A stretch of 64,000 nt of DNA from Zygnema circumcarinatum SAG 698-1b (Eukaryota > Plantae > Zygnematophyceae). Both the position numbers and the translations under genes were made by a program. Shown here one piece after another: positions 1 to 13,100 of the stretch. The notes beneath the pieces are model-generated. The model was not told the DNA's origin, did not search any database, and was given only the letters and a program-made list of their open reading frames with translations. Numbering within the stretch: position 1 is the stretch's first letter; each line of letters begins with the position of its first letter. The stretch covers positions 3,567,361-3,631,360 of the forward strand of contig CM074805.1 of NCBI GenBank assembly GCA_037447605.1, in the 5' to 3' direction.

Positions 1-197
1 TCACTGTTTTAACATTCTGAAAATATTTTCAGGAATGCAGACGGCAGCTAGATGATAAGACCTGGAGACTCATCTGTGACTGGTTTGTGTCCCTAGGGAG
101 TACAGAAATCCTATCGTCCAAATGTACATGCTGTATGAGCATCCATTCCTAGGCCGCAGTGTGCTTGTAGAATGATGAACATTGCTGTTCTTGGCAG

Positions 198-1665
198 GTG
201 GACGCAATGGAAGATGCTGTAGAGCAGCTGCTTCCTCCCGGAGCCGATCGTTCCCTTTCATATAGACAGTCTAAGCATTCAAAGGAACCTGGAGGAGCAT
301 ATGGGAGAGGACCTGCAGGAAAGGACGGAGGCCGCGCAGGAGAGACTAAGGCCAGCGGTCGAGCTCGCAGTCGCCTTTTGGAGAGGGATGTTGCAAAGCT
401 GTTCACGCAGAGAGTGGAGCTTTTCACAAAGCTTGAGTTTACACAGGTCAGTGCAACTGCTGAACATGGATATGATGTCTGGGCTAGCAATAGCTGGGAT
501 TGTTTACAGAGAATGTGAATCGAACATAAGAAAGAGCTGCTAGAGCTTTGTTTCTTGAACAGTCATCTCGATCTGCATCTGCATTCTGTTTTGTGTTATG
601 TAAAGTTGAGTTGTGACTATCACGAATCAATAAGCATTGCTAACTTCTGAGGGAGTGTCCTGCTTTGGTCCTTCCTTCTACTATACATTTAGGTGGCAGT
701 CCCAGGTCTTGCATAGGGACCTGGATGGGCTTGCACACCTGATTGAGATTCTACCATTCTGAATTTTGAGGAGTTCTGATGCAAATGCCCCTGAATTGTT
801 ATCACGTTCATGTATGCTTACCGAAGTGCTTTTGGGGTTTTGCTCTCCGCTGTGCTGCAGACATGGGTTGTTTCCACAGTGGTGAAGATGTGCCTGAAGA
901 CATTTCAGGAGTGCGTGAGGCTTCAGACATTTGGCAGAAGCGGGTTTCAACAGATCCAACTGGATATGCAGTACTTGAGAGACCCACTAAGGAGCTTTGT
1001 GGATAATGAATCCATAATTGACTCTCTGCTTGACGAGGTGACTCTCTGAACCCCCTCTTCATCTTTAGAGCTGAAGGTACCTCTGCTATCGGAGGTCTAT
1101 TTTTGGACTCTCCACTACTGTGAAGAATGTGCAATTCACGCCTTCGGAATAGCACTGAGCAGGACAGGACTTGAAGGAATTTCACTGTATATATTTCACT
1201 GGGTATGTCATCGTATTTAGAGTGGGCCACGCTAGTTGCGAACTCGTTTTTTGTTTTCTTTCCTGTTTACCTCCAATAGTGTGGGCCACACTAAATATGC
1301 ACTCTTGCAATTCGCACCATAGATATTTTGACCTTTCAGCAATTAGGGTGGGCCACTTTGATTATGTGCCGGCACAATTGTGTACCTACACTAATTGCGA
1401 CGAACGGTGCAGGAGTTAGAGGCTTGATTGGAGGTCTTGTGTGCTTCAGCAGAGAATTGAGGCATGAGCACTGTATGTACATGTTTGTCAGTTGTCAGTT
1501 TTCTGCACGTCAGTTTCCAGTTTTCAGTTTTTTTCATCGGGTCTGGTGCTGTCCCCATTGCAGGTGTGTGTGGCGGCTGCAGAGAGGTGCTTGGACCCGG
1601 TGCCTCTAGAGCCCGCCGTGATCGATAGGATAATTCAGGTTAAGCTGGTTAAGGGTACTTCCTAG
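198..1665 (+). CDS. VPS51: VPS51 (GARP/EARP complex subunit), last three exons 198-446, 861-1037, 1564-1665; the gene begins upstream of the window
   Basis: GT-AG joined exons give LLERDVAKLFTQRVELFTKLEFTQ|TWVVSTVVKMCLKTFQECVRLQTFGRSGFQQIQLDMQYL...LLDE|VCVAAAERCLDPVPLEPAVIDRII*, matching the plant Vps51 C-terminus. Confidence 0.93.
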
Positions 1666-1999
1666 GGAAGCTTCTGTACATCCCACATTGTTCTCGTTTC
1701 TAAATTTTGCCAAATCTGCTTCGTCCGATTGTGGCGGTCATTTCGCCTCATATTCAGATCGCATCTGATTCCCGATCAAGAGCCCTCCTTCCGCCGCTCC
1801 ACTTTAAATCATTCAGAATGAGAGTTCTTACATCTCATGTTGAAAAGATTTGGATGGAGCATAGTATACCTATTTTGTTTCTAGTTTATCATACGATAAT
1901 ATGATATGTCATATCATATAATACGATTCAAATGGTGTTAGCTTTTCAAGATTTTTGCATTTTAGTTTTTCTATTTTTTTTCTACGTTGAAAATAAAAC

Positions 2000-2391
2000 A
2001 ATGACATGTGAAGAACATCCCTAAGGACCCTTCCCCCCTCTCTCTCTTCCTCTGCAGGGGTAGTCATTGTGGCACACAGTTGAATTACACACTGAACAGT
2101 GCTTATTTTGAATTGCGATTTGTCTGACATTTCTTAATAGTGAGCTTCACTTTTCCCCCGACTGAGACCACTTTCTGAGGGCTCCTTGCCTCAGTCGCGA
2201 AACTTTCCCATACTTGAAATTCTTAAGACAATCTCCCGAGGCAAGGACGAAGAACACTAATGTCATGTGAAGAACATCCCTAAGGACTCTTCCTCCTCTC
2301 TCGTCCTCTGCAGGGGTTGTCATTGTGGTTCACAGTTGAATTACACACTGTTCACTGCTTAGTTTGAAGTGCGATATGTCTGACAGTTCTT
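2000..2391. repeat. Diverged direct duplication of ~135 bp (2000-2135 and 2259-2391)
   Basis: Both copies read ATGTGAAGAACATCCCTAAGGAC...CTGCAGGGGT.GTCATTGTGG..CACAGTTGAATTACACACTG...TGTCTGACA. Confidence 0.9.
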
Positions 2392-3164
2392 TTGAATTCA
2401 TTTCATTTGCATGGGTGTTCTATGTTGGCTTGTCATAGCTGTGACTAGGCGCCTTCTCAATAGATGTACAACGGGTAAGAGGTGAACGCAAGAGATTTGC
2501 GTTCAGATATCCTTCATCTGTCTGTTTCTAAAGGCAAGTGACAATACTCGTGGGTGTCTGTCCACCAGTCAGCCAGCCAGTAAGGTCCCCTGTGTTCTGC
2601 ACAATCGTTTTTGTGCACGGAGTCCATTTGTGTTCTGATTGGTTGCTTACTGCAATAATAAACCTAGACTCTTTCAGTTTTAGATCCATAAGGTAAAGGA
2701 TATCGGAGCGCAAACGTCTTGCAAATTTCTCAAGAAACTAGCGCCCAATCAAAGCTACAGCAGGACAACGACGTAAACCCATGCAATTGAAATGAATAGA
2801 ACAGAAACAGTCAAACAAGTCAAACTTCAAACTAAACAATGGAAAAGGCAAATGTGATTCAAATGTGTACCCCAACGATTGCCATTGCAAAGAAAGGGAG
2901 AGGGAGACAAAGAGGAGGAAAGGGAGAGAGGGGAAAGTCCTCGAATGTCCTTTGTACTGGTCATTTCGATACCTTGTTCTGAAAATACTGTTTTAGGATA
3001 CAGTTCTAGCGGAAAGGTTTCAACATTTCAAATTGAACTACAATGGTTGTTGGGCAGCAGCCCAGCCTTATTATATATCACATGCACGCATGCACCACGA
3101 ACCCCCAACTTTTTGAAGAAACAATGTCTGGACGAGATAGTAGAGGCGCCTGCACGGGCGAGTC

Positions 3165-6100
3165 TCAGGCGCCTCGTGACGGCTCACCCTCCTCATGCCT
3201 AGCTGAGCTCACCCTCTGCAGGCCACCACAACAACACCGCATCACTACCGCACAGACAAGACTTGAAACTTGAAGCAAACCAAAGCAAAAAGAAATAAAA
3301 AGGAATACATAGAATGAATTCCCCACCTGCATAACCTCTTCTTGGCTGATGCGATGCTTGATTTGGAAGCCCGCAAACTTCTCCTCCGGAGCTGTCTCCT
3401 CGTCTATTTCCATGTTCGCATCCTCTGTTGCCACTGACAGTCGCTGCTGTTCTCGCAGGGCCATCCTGTGCGGTAGCGCAGGAACTTCCTCCCACGTTCG
3501 GCTGTCCAGCTCTTCCAGCTCGTGCTCCGGAAACATCTGTTCTGGGAGAGAGGGCTAAACAGTACGGATCACTACCTCTCTTTTCATCCATTCAATACAA
3601 GATATTCTCTTCAGTTCTGTAACACGTCGTCAAGGCGTTGCACGAGACTTTGGACCAGAAGTGGTATACGAGATCGACGACAGATATGGAAACCGTTGGC
3701 GTTCTCTGAACCGTCAATAAAAATCAGCAGTCGCATTTCTTTCCCTTGTCTCACAGTAGTCATCACTGAGCATACCGACCATCTGAAACATTGGACGGAC
3801 ACTCGCATCTAGGAGCTATTAACATGTGCTTTCAAGGTTTACTACAACAGTTTCCTTAGACGTAAGGCACTCCATAAGGTTTCGACGAGTCTCTTAAGTT
3901 TTCTGTTAAGTTGTTGGGTTCTTTTTCCTTTCCTATTCGATTTTACAACTCTCACCATACGTATAAACCCTTGTCAGTTCTTCCAAGTGGGTCTCGGTAG
4001 TTCTTGTAGTGTTTCAAAATTAGGGGTTGTGAGCCCACCCGTGGCAAGATGTATATGCGAATGGGAATAAGCGCGATGATGGGAAGGGGGAAGAGCGATC
4101 CCGCGACTCCCGCAAAGTAGGTGAGAGCCCACACGCTCGCCAGTAGGAGCAATTGTACGGCCGTGAAGGCCACAATTGTGCGAAATCGGACTGTTTGAAG
4201 GTATGGGGCATGAGACTTCTCCAGCACTCTGAGAAGGAGAAAAAAAAAAAAAAAAAGAAACATCAAATGGTAATCAGAAAGAGAAACAACGGTTGTGGTT
4301 TTGAGGTCAGCTCTTGGCTACCTCTCATCTTGAACAAAGAGCAAGAGTGTAAGAGGAAGGAGAAGGACTTTCTCTCACTACCTTTCTCGCTTTCCCAAAC
4401 AGCTGACCCTCGAGAGTTCAGGCAACATGCGACTCAAGGAGATTCCCTAACCATTCAGAGTTTTCCAAGCAAGTACAACTATGGTTGTAAGGTCTTTCGA
4501 GAACATGATTTTTGGCAGGATCAAGGTGATGTCAGTTTCCTAACCAGTCGCACCTGTATCGTCGCTTCGGATCTGTTATCAACAACAGCAGACGATCCCA
4601 CAGTTGCGAACCAGGTAAGGATTCGATGGCCATAAAGAGAAAGTAGCCATAGATAACAGCACTGGGGATTTTCTTCAAGATTGGAGTAAGAACAAGGCAG
4701 AGCAGCACCTGCACCTCCCTCCCGCCATCTTCAAAATCCATTTTTCTTCGGAGAAGCCTCTAGGTGTACAAATTCACAGACACACGGCTTCACAAGTTTC
4801 TGAGCTTAGATTCTAGTAACAAACGAGCCAAACTTTGCTAATACATAGCTCCAGTATTTTGGTAAAGAGCAAAGCAATAGAGACGGAAACAAAGCTCATG
4901 AATAGAAGGGAAAGCAAGGACGGCGGCTTGCGGCTATGGCATTCCAGATGAACTGTGTGAAGCATTCGGGGTTCTTGTAGGGTTTTAGGGTTTTTAGGGT
5001 TTTTAGGGTTTTTAGGGTTTTTAGGTTCTGGCAGTCACCAGCGATGACTGCAGAAAGCCGCTGACTCGCTGCTCTGCCACCTCCACCTGCAAATACTCAT
5101 CAACATCTTTCTCCACATCAAACGCTCCCTTTTCATGCCCTCTTCCTCCCTCGCCTTCTGCATCTGCAACTTCTCTTTGCCCGCCATTCTGCTGCTGCCC
5201 TGCACGCATTGTCTGCACCGGCCCAGACCCACCGACCAGCAACCCCTCATCCCCTGCGTGTCTCTCTCACATGTATGATCCGACATTCGCATGACAATCT
5301 CACTGACTAAGCCACTTCTTACACTTCCTAATGCCATTACGGAAGCTGAGTTTAGGAAAAAAAAGGGCAGAGAGTGGACTGTGGCCAGAAAAGTGTTTCT
5401 CTGCCAAGCAGGATGAATTGACACAGATCCGAACTGACTGCTGCATACTTTTGACATCCATCTCAGCAGCACATACACCAAGCAAAATCAAGAATGCTAT
5501 CAAGAATACTCTACCTACAAGATCGTCGTGCTTGGCAGCTTTCTCTTTTATACGATCCGCAGCAGTAGAATCAAGCTGCAAAGCCTTCCTCTGCATGTGC
5601 GCCAAAACTGTTGCTATGGCTGTGCGTGCATTCTCCTCTTTGTTCTGCTGCTCCCCTGCTTTGCTGTGCTCTTTGAGAGCTTGGCGAGCTGCATTCTGCA
5701 GACTGACCTTCACATGCTCCCTCTTCAGAGTGGCCAGACTCTTCGTGTGAAGGGGGGCCTGCATGGCTTCCACTCCCCCCCTTATCAGGGTGGATATTTG
5801 GACCAATTTTAAGGTTGACTGAGATTTCAATATACATGACCAGTGAGTGAAGGATGTCTCCTTTTTCTCCTTTTATTAAAAGCAATGTTCGCACGTGAAG
5901 CATGAGGAGTTGCCAGTCCATTCCAAATGGGAGTTCTCTCTCACCTGTGGCAGCACTCCGTTGACAGGGGGCAGGCCGAGGAGACCGCATGCGAGAGTCA
6001 TGATGCCGAGCAGAAAGAAGTCGTAATTGTAAGCAGAAGGTTTCCGCAAGTTGAACTCATCCACCTGCGCGAGCTGGGCCGAGACGCTGTGGTCGAAGAA

Positions 6101-8941
6101 GAACAGGATGGTGATGATCAGTGCAGGGATAAGTGCTGCCAGAATGTACTCCAAAGGAACCTTGCCCATGTCCTGTACATAGAATCTGTGTAAAACATCT
6201 TCAGGGTTTTTAGGGTTGCACACGCGTAGTTTAGGAGACTGCACGTTCTTTGAGTCTTTGACATCAATCGTTTTAATGTTTTGGCGATTCGAGTTAGGAC
6301 CACAGAGTTTATAAGGCAGCATCTTGAACTTGCCTTTGTGACAGTCCAAAAGCTTGTGGCGTTCCATGTGTTGGGAATTGGAAGTCGGCGGGGCACCCCA
6401 GAGGGGGTGCTACTCACAGCATATGACATGAGCGTCCAAACCAAAACCTGCACACAGCCTTCGTCCCTTACCTTCACTCATAAGCTGGACCAAAAAGCTC
6501 AATATTAAACTGCCTACAACAAATCATGGGTCATGTTCGACTTTTTGTGCAGAGGGGTGGAGGGCAGGGTCCCACCATGAGCGGCGGCCCATAGTCCGCA
6601 AGTAGAGAGCGGAAGATTGCAGAAGTGTACCGCCATGACCGGGCCGTGCGAGAGAGCAGAGCGGTAACCACGAGGGCCAAGCCGAGAAGGAGCCCCCAAA
6701 GACCATTCACAAGGCGCCACGTGTACTCGTTGGCCTCCGCCCTGCATGCATGCATGCACCATCATCATCATATACCATGCTAGAAACAAATGCAAGCGCA
6801 GCATCAAGCCTCTGGTTGCTTTCAGTCTGCAGCATGTACATGATCACGCATGCATTGCTATTGCAAAGCATTCGAGATAGAACATTCTGCTTTCACCATT
6901 CGTCGTATGGTTTCCTTGTGTTTTGAACCCACCCGTACTCCTCGTTGACCTGAAACTCCTCCTTCCATCCTTTGATGGCCTCCTGCGCGAACAGTACGGC
7001 TATGAGCGCTCCGAACAGCTCTCCTGAAAACCGAGTGAACCTGCACTAAGAACATGTAAGAGCATCTCGAGTATATGTATTGGCCTAGTTGCCTGCCCCC
7101 TTTCCGGCCGTTAAGGTTGTAAGTAAAATTTTGATCGACAACAATCACTTGTCGACTTGATTTTCTAGGACATCGTTTGAGCAATGTACAACTTTTGGTG
7201 TTCCGAAATTTTCAAGGCTTGTGGTCTCAAAGCTTACCATTTTATAAGGTCGCAAATATTAAATACGGCGAGCAGGAGACACATGGCGGCCGTCCAGATG
7301 CACACCCATGCGGTCCATGCAAGAAATAGTTCTCGTCCAAGTTCCCTTCTATCTTTGGCAAAATCATACATGAATATGTACAGAAGGACTATAGGCTCTG
7401 CTACTCCCACAATGAGGAGTGGCTGTCCGCCCACAAGTGCCTGCAGTTCCATTGTTACAAAATGAAAATCTTCCCTGAGGATATTTCACCCTCCAAAACA
7501 CCGAAGGATAAAGTGGAAGGCAGAAGTTTCAATACTGAAGAAAAGATCTAATCAGAAGAAAGTTTAATTCACTGGATCAGTGACTTCAATAACTAGATGG
7601 CGACAAATGTCCTTGTCGAAAGCATTAACGAATCCAGCCTTTGAAAGAACACACGAACCACCAGGAAATGTACAAGGAAGAGGAGAAGGAGCGAGAGAGG
7701 GAGAACGAGGAAGCAAAGGAGGAGAAAGAGGAGAGGGGGGGAAGAGAGAGATTCACCTGAATGATGCCTGCAATGCCAGTAGCAACCAGTACATTCACTC
7801 CCGTCAGGATGCCATCTGCAGAAAAGGCGACGTTACTAGTATGTAAACGTTTTGTCCAGAATCACGAATCAACTTATGTGTGCTTCTTTGCAGCGTACGA
7901 ACCAGTGGACCCTAATTTATCCTACGATGTGGAGCCGTATAATAACTGCATTCCCATGGTTGTCCGTCGACCATTTGCCTGTGCATGCATTAAATGTTTC
8001 ACCAGTCGCTGACTATCTCTTCAATAGTTCTCTGGAAGCCATGCTCTTTGACCCTATTCAGTCATGGATTAAGCACGAGTTCTGTTCTTTTGACTAACTC
8101 ATCATTTTAATGTATGCCTATCACCACCTTTGGGGGACAGATATCAAGCCTTTTTTTAAAAAAAATTTGAACGGACGTCCGATATGCAGGTTTTTAGATT
8201 GTACCCTTGACAAAACCCTTTCCATAAAGAGGGAATGAAAATGATGTCAAGGTCGTCCATACAAGTTGCCTTATTGTCTCGCCGCTTCTTTTGCCTAAGT
8301 GCTGGGTGAGCATTAGGGCCAAAACAACGGCTACTTTTGAGCATGAGAAATTGCAAGCATTCTACATCATTCTCTTTGGGAAACCAACCGTTTTTAAAAG
8401 TTACTGGCCTCGTACGCTTCAAGAAGTTACAGGTTTCCAATGTTTTCAATGTTTGGAACACGGACCAAGCTCAGGAGATACAAAGGGTCCTTTTATCTTT
8501 TTGCTTGCGCCTCTAAAAATGAGAGAAGGATCCTTTCGAGGAGGAAAACAAACTGCTCTCGGAAACACTTTTAAGGTTTTTGGGCTTTTAAGGTTTTTAG
8601 GGTTTTTAGAGAAACCCTAAAACCCGCACTACGACTTTTATGAGGCGCAGAGATCCTCACAATCGGCCAAAATGCAAGGCGGCAGCCTGCAACGACGACC
8701 TGAGAAGCAATTGTGCACCCCCGAAACCCTAAACGGTGTAGTGCGCCCTACCCGTTGCAGTATTCAGCTGCTGCCCAAAGGCCAAAGCAGGCAGAACTGA
8801 GGCAAAGAATATGTACGTTGAAGGAGCAAAAATCCGAAATCCCATGCGCATTCCCTCTCTCCAGTCATGCATGTACCACGGCAGACGCGCGGCGACATCC
8901 TCCATTACCCCGGCTCCGGGGCGGAGGCGGAACTTCCCCAT
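3165..8941 (-). CDS. BOR: Borate exporter / SLC4 HCO3- cotransporter family (BOR1-like), multi-exon
   Basis: Exons encode [132 protein letters not shown] and [14 protein letters not shown]. The start codon and last exon are approximate. Confidence 0.93.
4978..5025 (+). repeat. Interstitial telomere-like array (TTTTTAGGG/TTTTAGGG)n in a BOR intron
   Basis: TAGGG TTTTAGGG (TTTTTAGGG)x3 TTTTTAGG. Confidence 0.9.
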
Positions 8942-10162
8942 TGCTTCTTCCTGCAACAGCTGAAGCCCTAAGCAAACAACCTTCCTGCAAGCCTGAAGGC
9001 TGGCTCATGCATGCACGCGCTGCAGCCCCTTCGCAAGAAAAGAGCTCGGCAATGCGTGTGTGGAAGGAGGCCCATGGCAAGGAATTGGCGATGATCTCAC
9101 GATGGCGATGCCATCAAATGCACATGCATATGAACAAACGCAAAATGTAGAACCGAATGTGAAGCGGCTGCAGATTGTGCTAACTCACACTCATCGAAGA
9201 GCGAACTGGCAGTGATCTCACGATGGCACACTCATCGGTTGCTTTTATTAGAACTTGTCGGCCAAATCGTTCGAAAAAAATCTTTTGGAAAATTTTGTCT
9301 CGGTTCGGAAGCTTCACTTTCTACCACACCGAAGGCAAAGAACAGAGCGGGCTCCTGCCACATGTCTGCATGCCGGCGTCGCATGCAAAGCGAGTGCCAG
9401 CCTTCGACAGTGCGCTTCGGGATCTATCTCAAATAGCGCAGGAATGCATGTACCGGTTTCGAAATCAATTTCTTCAGGAAATGTCGCAAATTGACACTGT
9501 CCAATTGCTGAAGGGAAAGTCGTAGGCAGTAAAAATCTACAGGAGCACCAGATAAGACAAAGAGCAAAGACAAGCGCAACAGTGCAAGACTGCACTTTTA
9601 CTTAGACATTGCTAACCTCTATTTCATGGTAATAAAAGGATGGGTACAGTGGAGCGAAATGGCTACGATGGAGAAGGTTGAAATAGAACCCCGAAATTAT
9701 ATTCGGAAGTAAACAAATGCTTTTCTGCAAGAGGAAGGAGGGCAGGAGCAAGAGGGCGGAGGGGCCTAATGAAAATGGAGTAGGGAGAGCGGAAAACTAG
9801 TTATGCTCCAAATCCGGTATGACACACGTCGTGCATTGCATGCACCCATCAGATGAACCAACATGCTATCTTACAACCATACAATGTACAACAACATGCC
9901 ATATCCAACACGCACCTACACAAGACAAGGCACCATAGACCAAACTATGTACCACCCTAGGCCTTTCTTGTTAAGGTACCTCACTGACACAGCATTCTAC
10001 CTCTATTTTCCCTTCGTACACTTCCTTTGCCCATCTATCCACACTGTGAGAAGCTGACCCATGCACACAGCTCTTTTGCATTGTGCTAGGCTTCGTTCCA
10101 CTCGCATTTTTCACGACCATTCACATGACACATGCCTGAGTGCACGTCAGTGTTTGGGACCA

Positions 10163-13100
10163 TCATGTATTCATTCGAACTTCCCCACTGTCAAGGGGCC
10201 ACCCTCTTGTCCTTGCAGACCCGCTCTCTGCAGGCCGAGTCGAGTACAGCTGCAGACTGAGATGAAGGTCTGCCTCTTGCAGTCCATCCGCAGGTTGTGT
10301 CCCCATAGTCTTCACTTCTGCTTCGCCCACTTGAGGACAGGACCTTAGCTCCAACAATAGCTCCTGGGGATCATCTGACTTCATGCTCCGAGAGTGCTCT
10401 CCACTCGGTGACATGCTCCTCCTCTTCTTTTCAGATGACGAGCGATGCCGGCTGCGAGCTGCCCTATCTTCAGAGCCTCTCGGAGATCGTGAACAAGACA
10501 CAGAACGCACCCGAGGTGGTGAACAAGACATAGAACGCTCCTGAGAACATGACCTTGACAGCGAACGCCCCTGGGAAGGGGAACGGGACATAGAACGATC
10601 CCGAGATTTCGAATGTGACATAGAACGCCCCCGAGACTGCGAGCATGATAGGGAACGCCCCGAGCGCACTTGAGATTGTGAACGTGACAACGAACGGCCC
10701 TTAGATTGTGAAGGAGAAAGGGAACGTCCCTGAGATCGTGAACGAGAACGAGACATTGCACGTCCTTGAGATCGCGAACGAGACCTAGAACGCGTGATTC
10801 GCCCATATCGCCTTGAGCTCGACGAAGTCAGTGACAGTGACCTCGACCGATATCGTGATCGAGATGAATGTGATGGTGATCGCAAAGGCATTCGGGAGCG
10901 ACGACTCCTCCCAGTATATGAGCGATCTCCGCATCTGCGTAGTCTGCGTTCCTCGTCCAATTCTTCCTTCAGTCGTTCGTTCTCTCTTCTGAACTCGGCT
11001 GCATGGGTCTGAGCCGCTTTCTTCACATCTTTTTCGTGATGGTATCTGTCCTCCAGGTCAAGCCGCCTTCGCTCCAATAGTTCAACATCCGCGTCATACT
11101 TTTTGCGCATTTCATTAGCCACATCCCTTCCGTTCTTCTTGGCTTCAACCTCCCCTTGCTCCGCCTTGATTCTCGCCTTCTCTGCGAATGCCTTCTCCTC
11201 CTGCAGCACCTCGATCTCAAGCTTCAAATCTGCAACCTCGCGTTCTAGCAGCTGCATTCGCTCGAGTAATTCTGATGCTTCTCTTGTCAGCTGCCTCGCC
11301 TGCTTCTCCTCCTCATCTTGTCCCAAATGTAGCAGCTTTTCATGACTTCCAATCCCTGTCACACCATGTACAGCCAGGATTCCTTTACATTCTTCATTGA
11401 GGGCGGTCGCTTGCCCTCCTGCACCTCCCAATCCAACCATGCTTCTTTCTTCGGCCCTCTCCTGACTGCCTGGGCCACCTCCCCCCTCCATCTGTTTCGG
11501 CTGATGTTGCAACTCCTCCCTTTTCAATACAATGCCTTCATCTGAGCTTCCCGCTTCCACCATTCTCTCATCTTCAGCTTTCGGCTCATCCCCTCCCCTG
11601 TCCCTCTTATGCAGCTCCTCTTGCAAAATATACATCTCCTTCCGTTGCTCATCTATGGTCTTTTCCAAACTTTCAATTGTCGCTCGCAATTGTGCCACTT
11701 CTGATTCCACCATGGGCAGATTTTCCTTTGACGAACATGTCTGCTTTGGAAGTTGCTTCTCCTCCAATGCATGTTCCAATTCTTTCCTCAACTCCTCCAT
11801 CTGCCTTCCTCTGTCCAAGAATTTTTCCCGCATGCCATTGTAGGACTTTGTGAGCCTCTCCTTTTCCCTCTCAAACTCCTCTTCCATACTCTTCATTGCT
11901 GCCTCCTTTTCCTTGAAATCCTCCTCGCTTACCCATCCTGACCCCCTTCCTCCGATCCTTTTCTTCAGCGCCGCCTTTGTGTCTTCCAACTCCCTTAATC
12001 TCACCATCACTCTTTCTCGGCTACGCTGTTCGTTCTGCAGTTCCACTCGCAGCTTCTTTGCTTCCATTTGAGCAGCAACTTTTTCACCATCCAATTCTCT
12101 TGTGAGCTCTTTATATTTCAACCACTCCGTCATCTTTTTCTTCAACTCTGCTTCTGTCTGTGCCAGCCGACGCTGTAAATCCTCCACCGCCTTATCCTTT
12201 GGCGGTGGGGCTCCATCTTTGCCTTTTACACATTTTCCTACTGCCTGTGGAATTCCTCTCCCGTCAGCCAACCCCCCATATTTACCTTTCAATCCTGCAG
12301 CATTCTCTTTGTAGATAATCGCTTTATCCAAACCATTTTTCGCTTGTGCGTTCGCTTCTCCTCCCGCACCTTCCAACAGATCACCCTTGGCCCTCAATTT
12401 CTCCTGCAGCCCCTTCACCAACTCTTCCTGTTCCAACAGGCGTTCAATCCATTTCTGCTCCTCCGCATTTCCTGATGTCGAAAGTTCTTCGTTCCTCTTC
12501 ATTGCTGCCTCTGCTTTCTCCTTCCAAAACTGCCCTTCTTTCTGCGATTCTGCCAACTTCTCCTTCAGCTCATTCTCCTTCATTGCAGTGGCCGACTTTG
12601 CCTCTTCCCCTCTCACTTCTGACAATCGCTGCAACGCTGCTTTTAGCTTCCCGTCGGCCTCCTTCTTCTGACATTCCACCACAGCCTTCAACTTATTTGC
12701 CTCCTCCACTGCGGCCAATAGCTTTGATTTCTCGTTTTCTAGCCTGCTCAGCACAATGGCGTTCTCACTCTCTTTGGCAGTAGCAAGCTTTTCCATTTCG
12801 GCCGCCTGTCGCGATAACTCTCCATTCTTTTGTTGTACCGCAGCAACTGCTTCCCCCCCCTCTTTCAACAACTGGACTAACCTGTCTACCTCTTGTTGAA
12901 GAACAGAAATATGCTTTTCCTTCTCTCGTAGCATCACCTTTGACTCCCCGTTCCCTTGCAACTCTCGCATCAAACTGTTGATTGTCTCCTCCTTGTCTTT
13001 TACAAACTTGATCAAATTCAATTTGTCTTGTTCTTGCTCTTGCCGAACAGCATCAGCCATATCTACCTTCTCCTTCAAAACTCTAATGGTATTATCTCTC

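Noticed and set aside
1680-1690. USE-like ATCCCACATTG suggesting an snRNA or telomerase RNA promoter
   Set aside because: No correctly spaced TATA box or recognisable RNA downstream; it lies in the VPS51 3' UTR
10482-10795. Regularly spaced 30-bp repeats as a CRISPR-like array
   Set aside because: Degenerate tandem coding units with no unique spacers or cas genes, in a eukaryotic context
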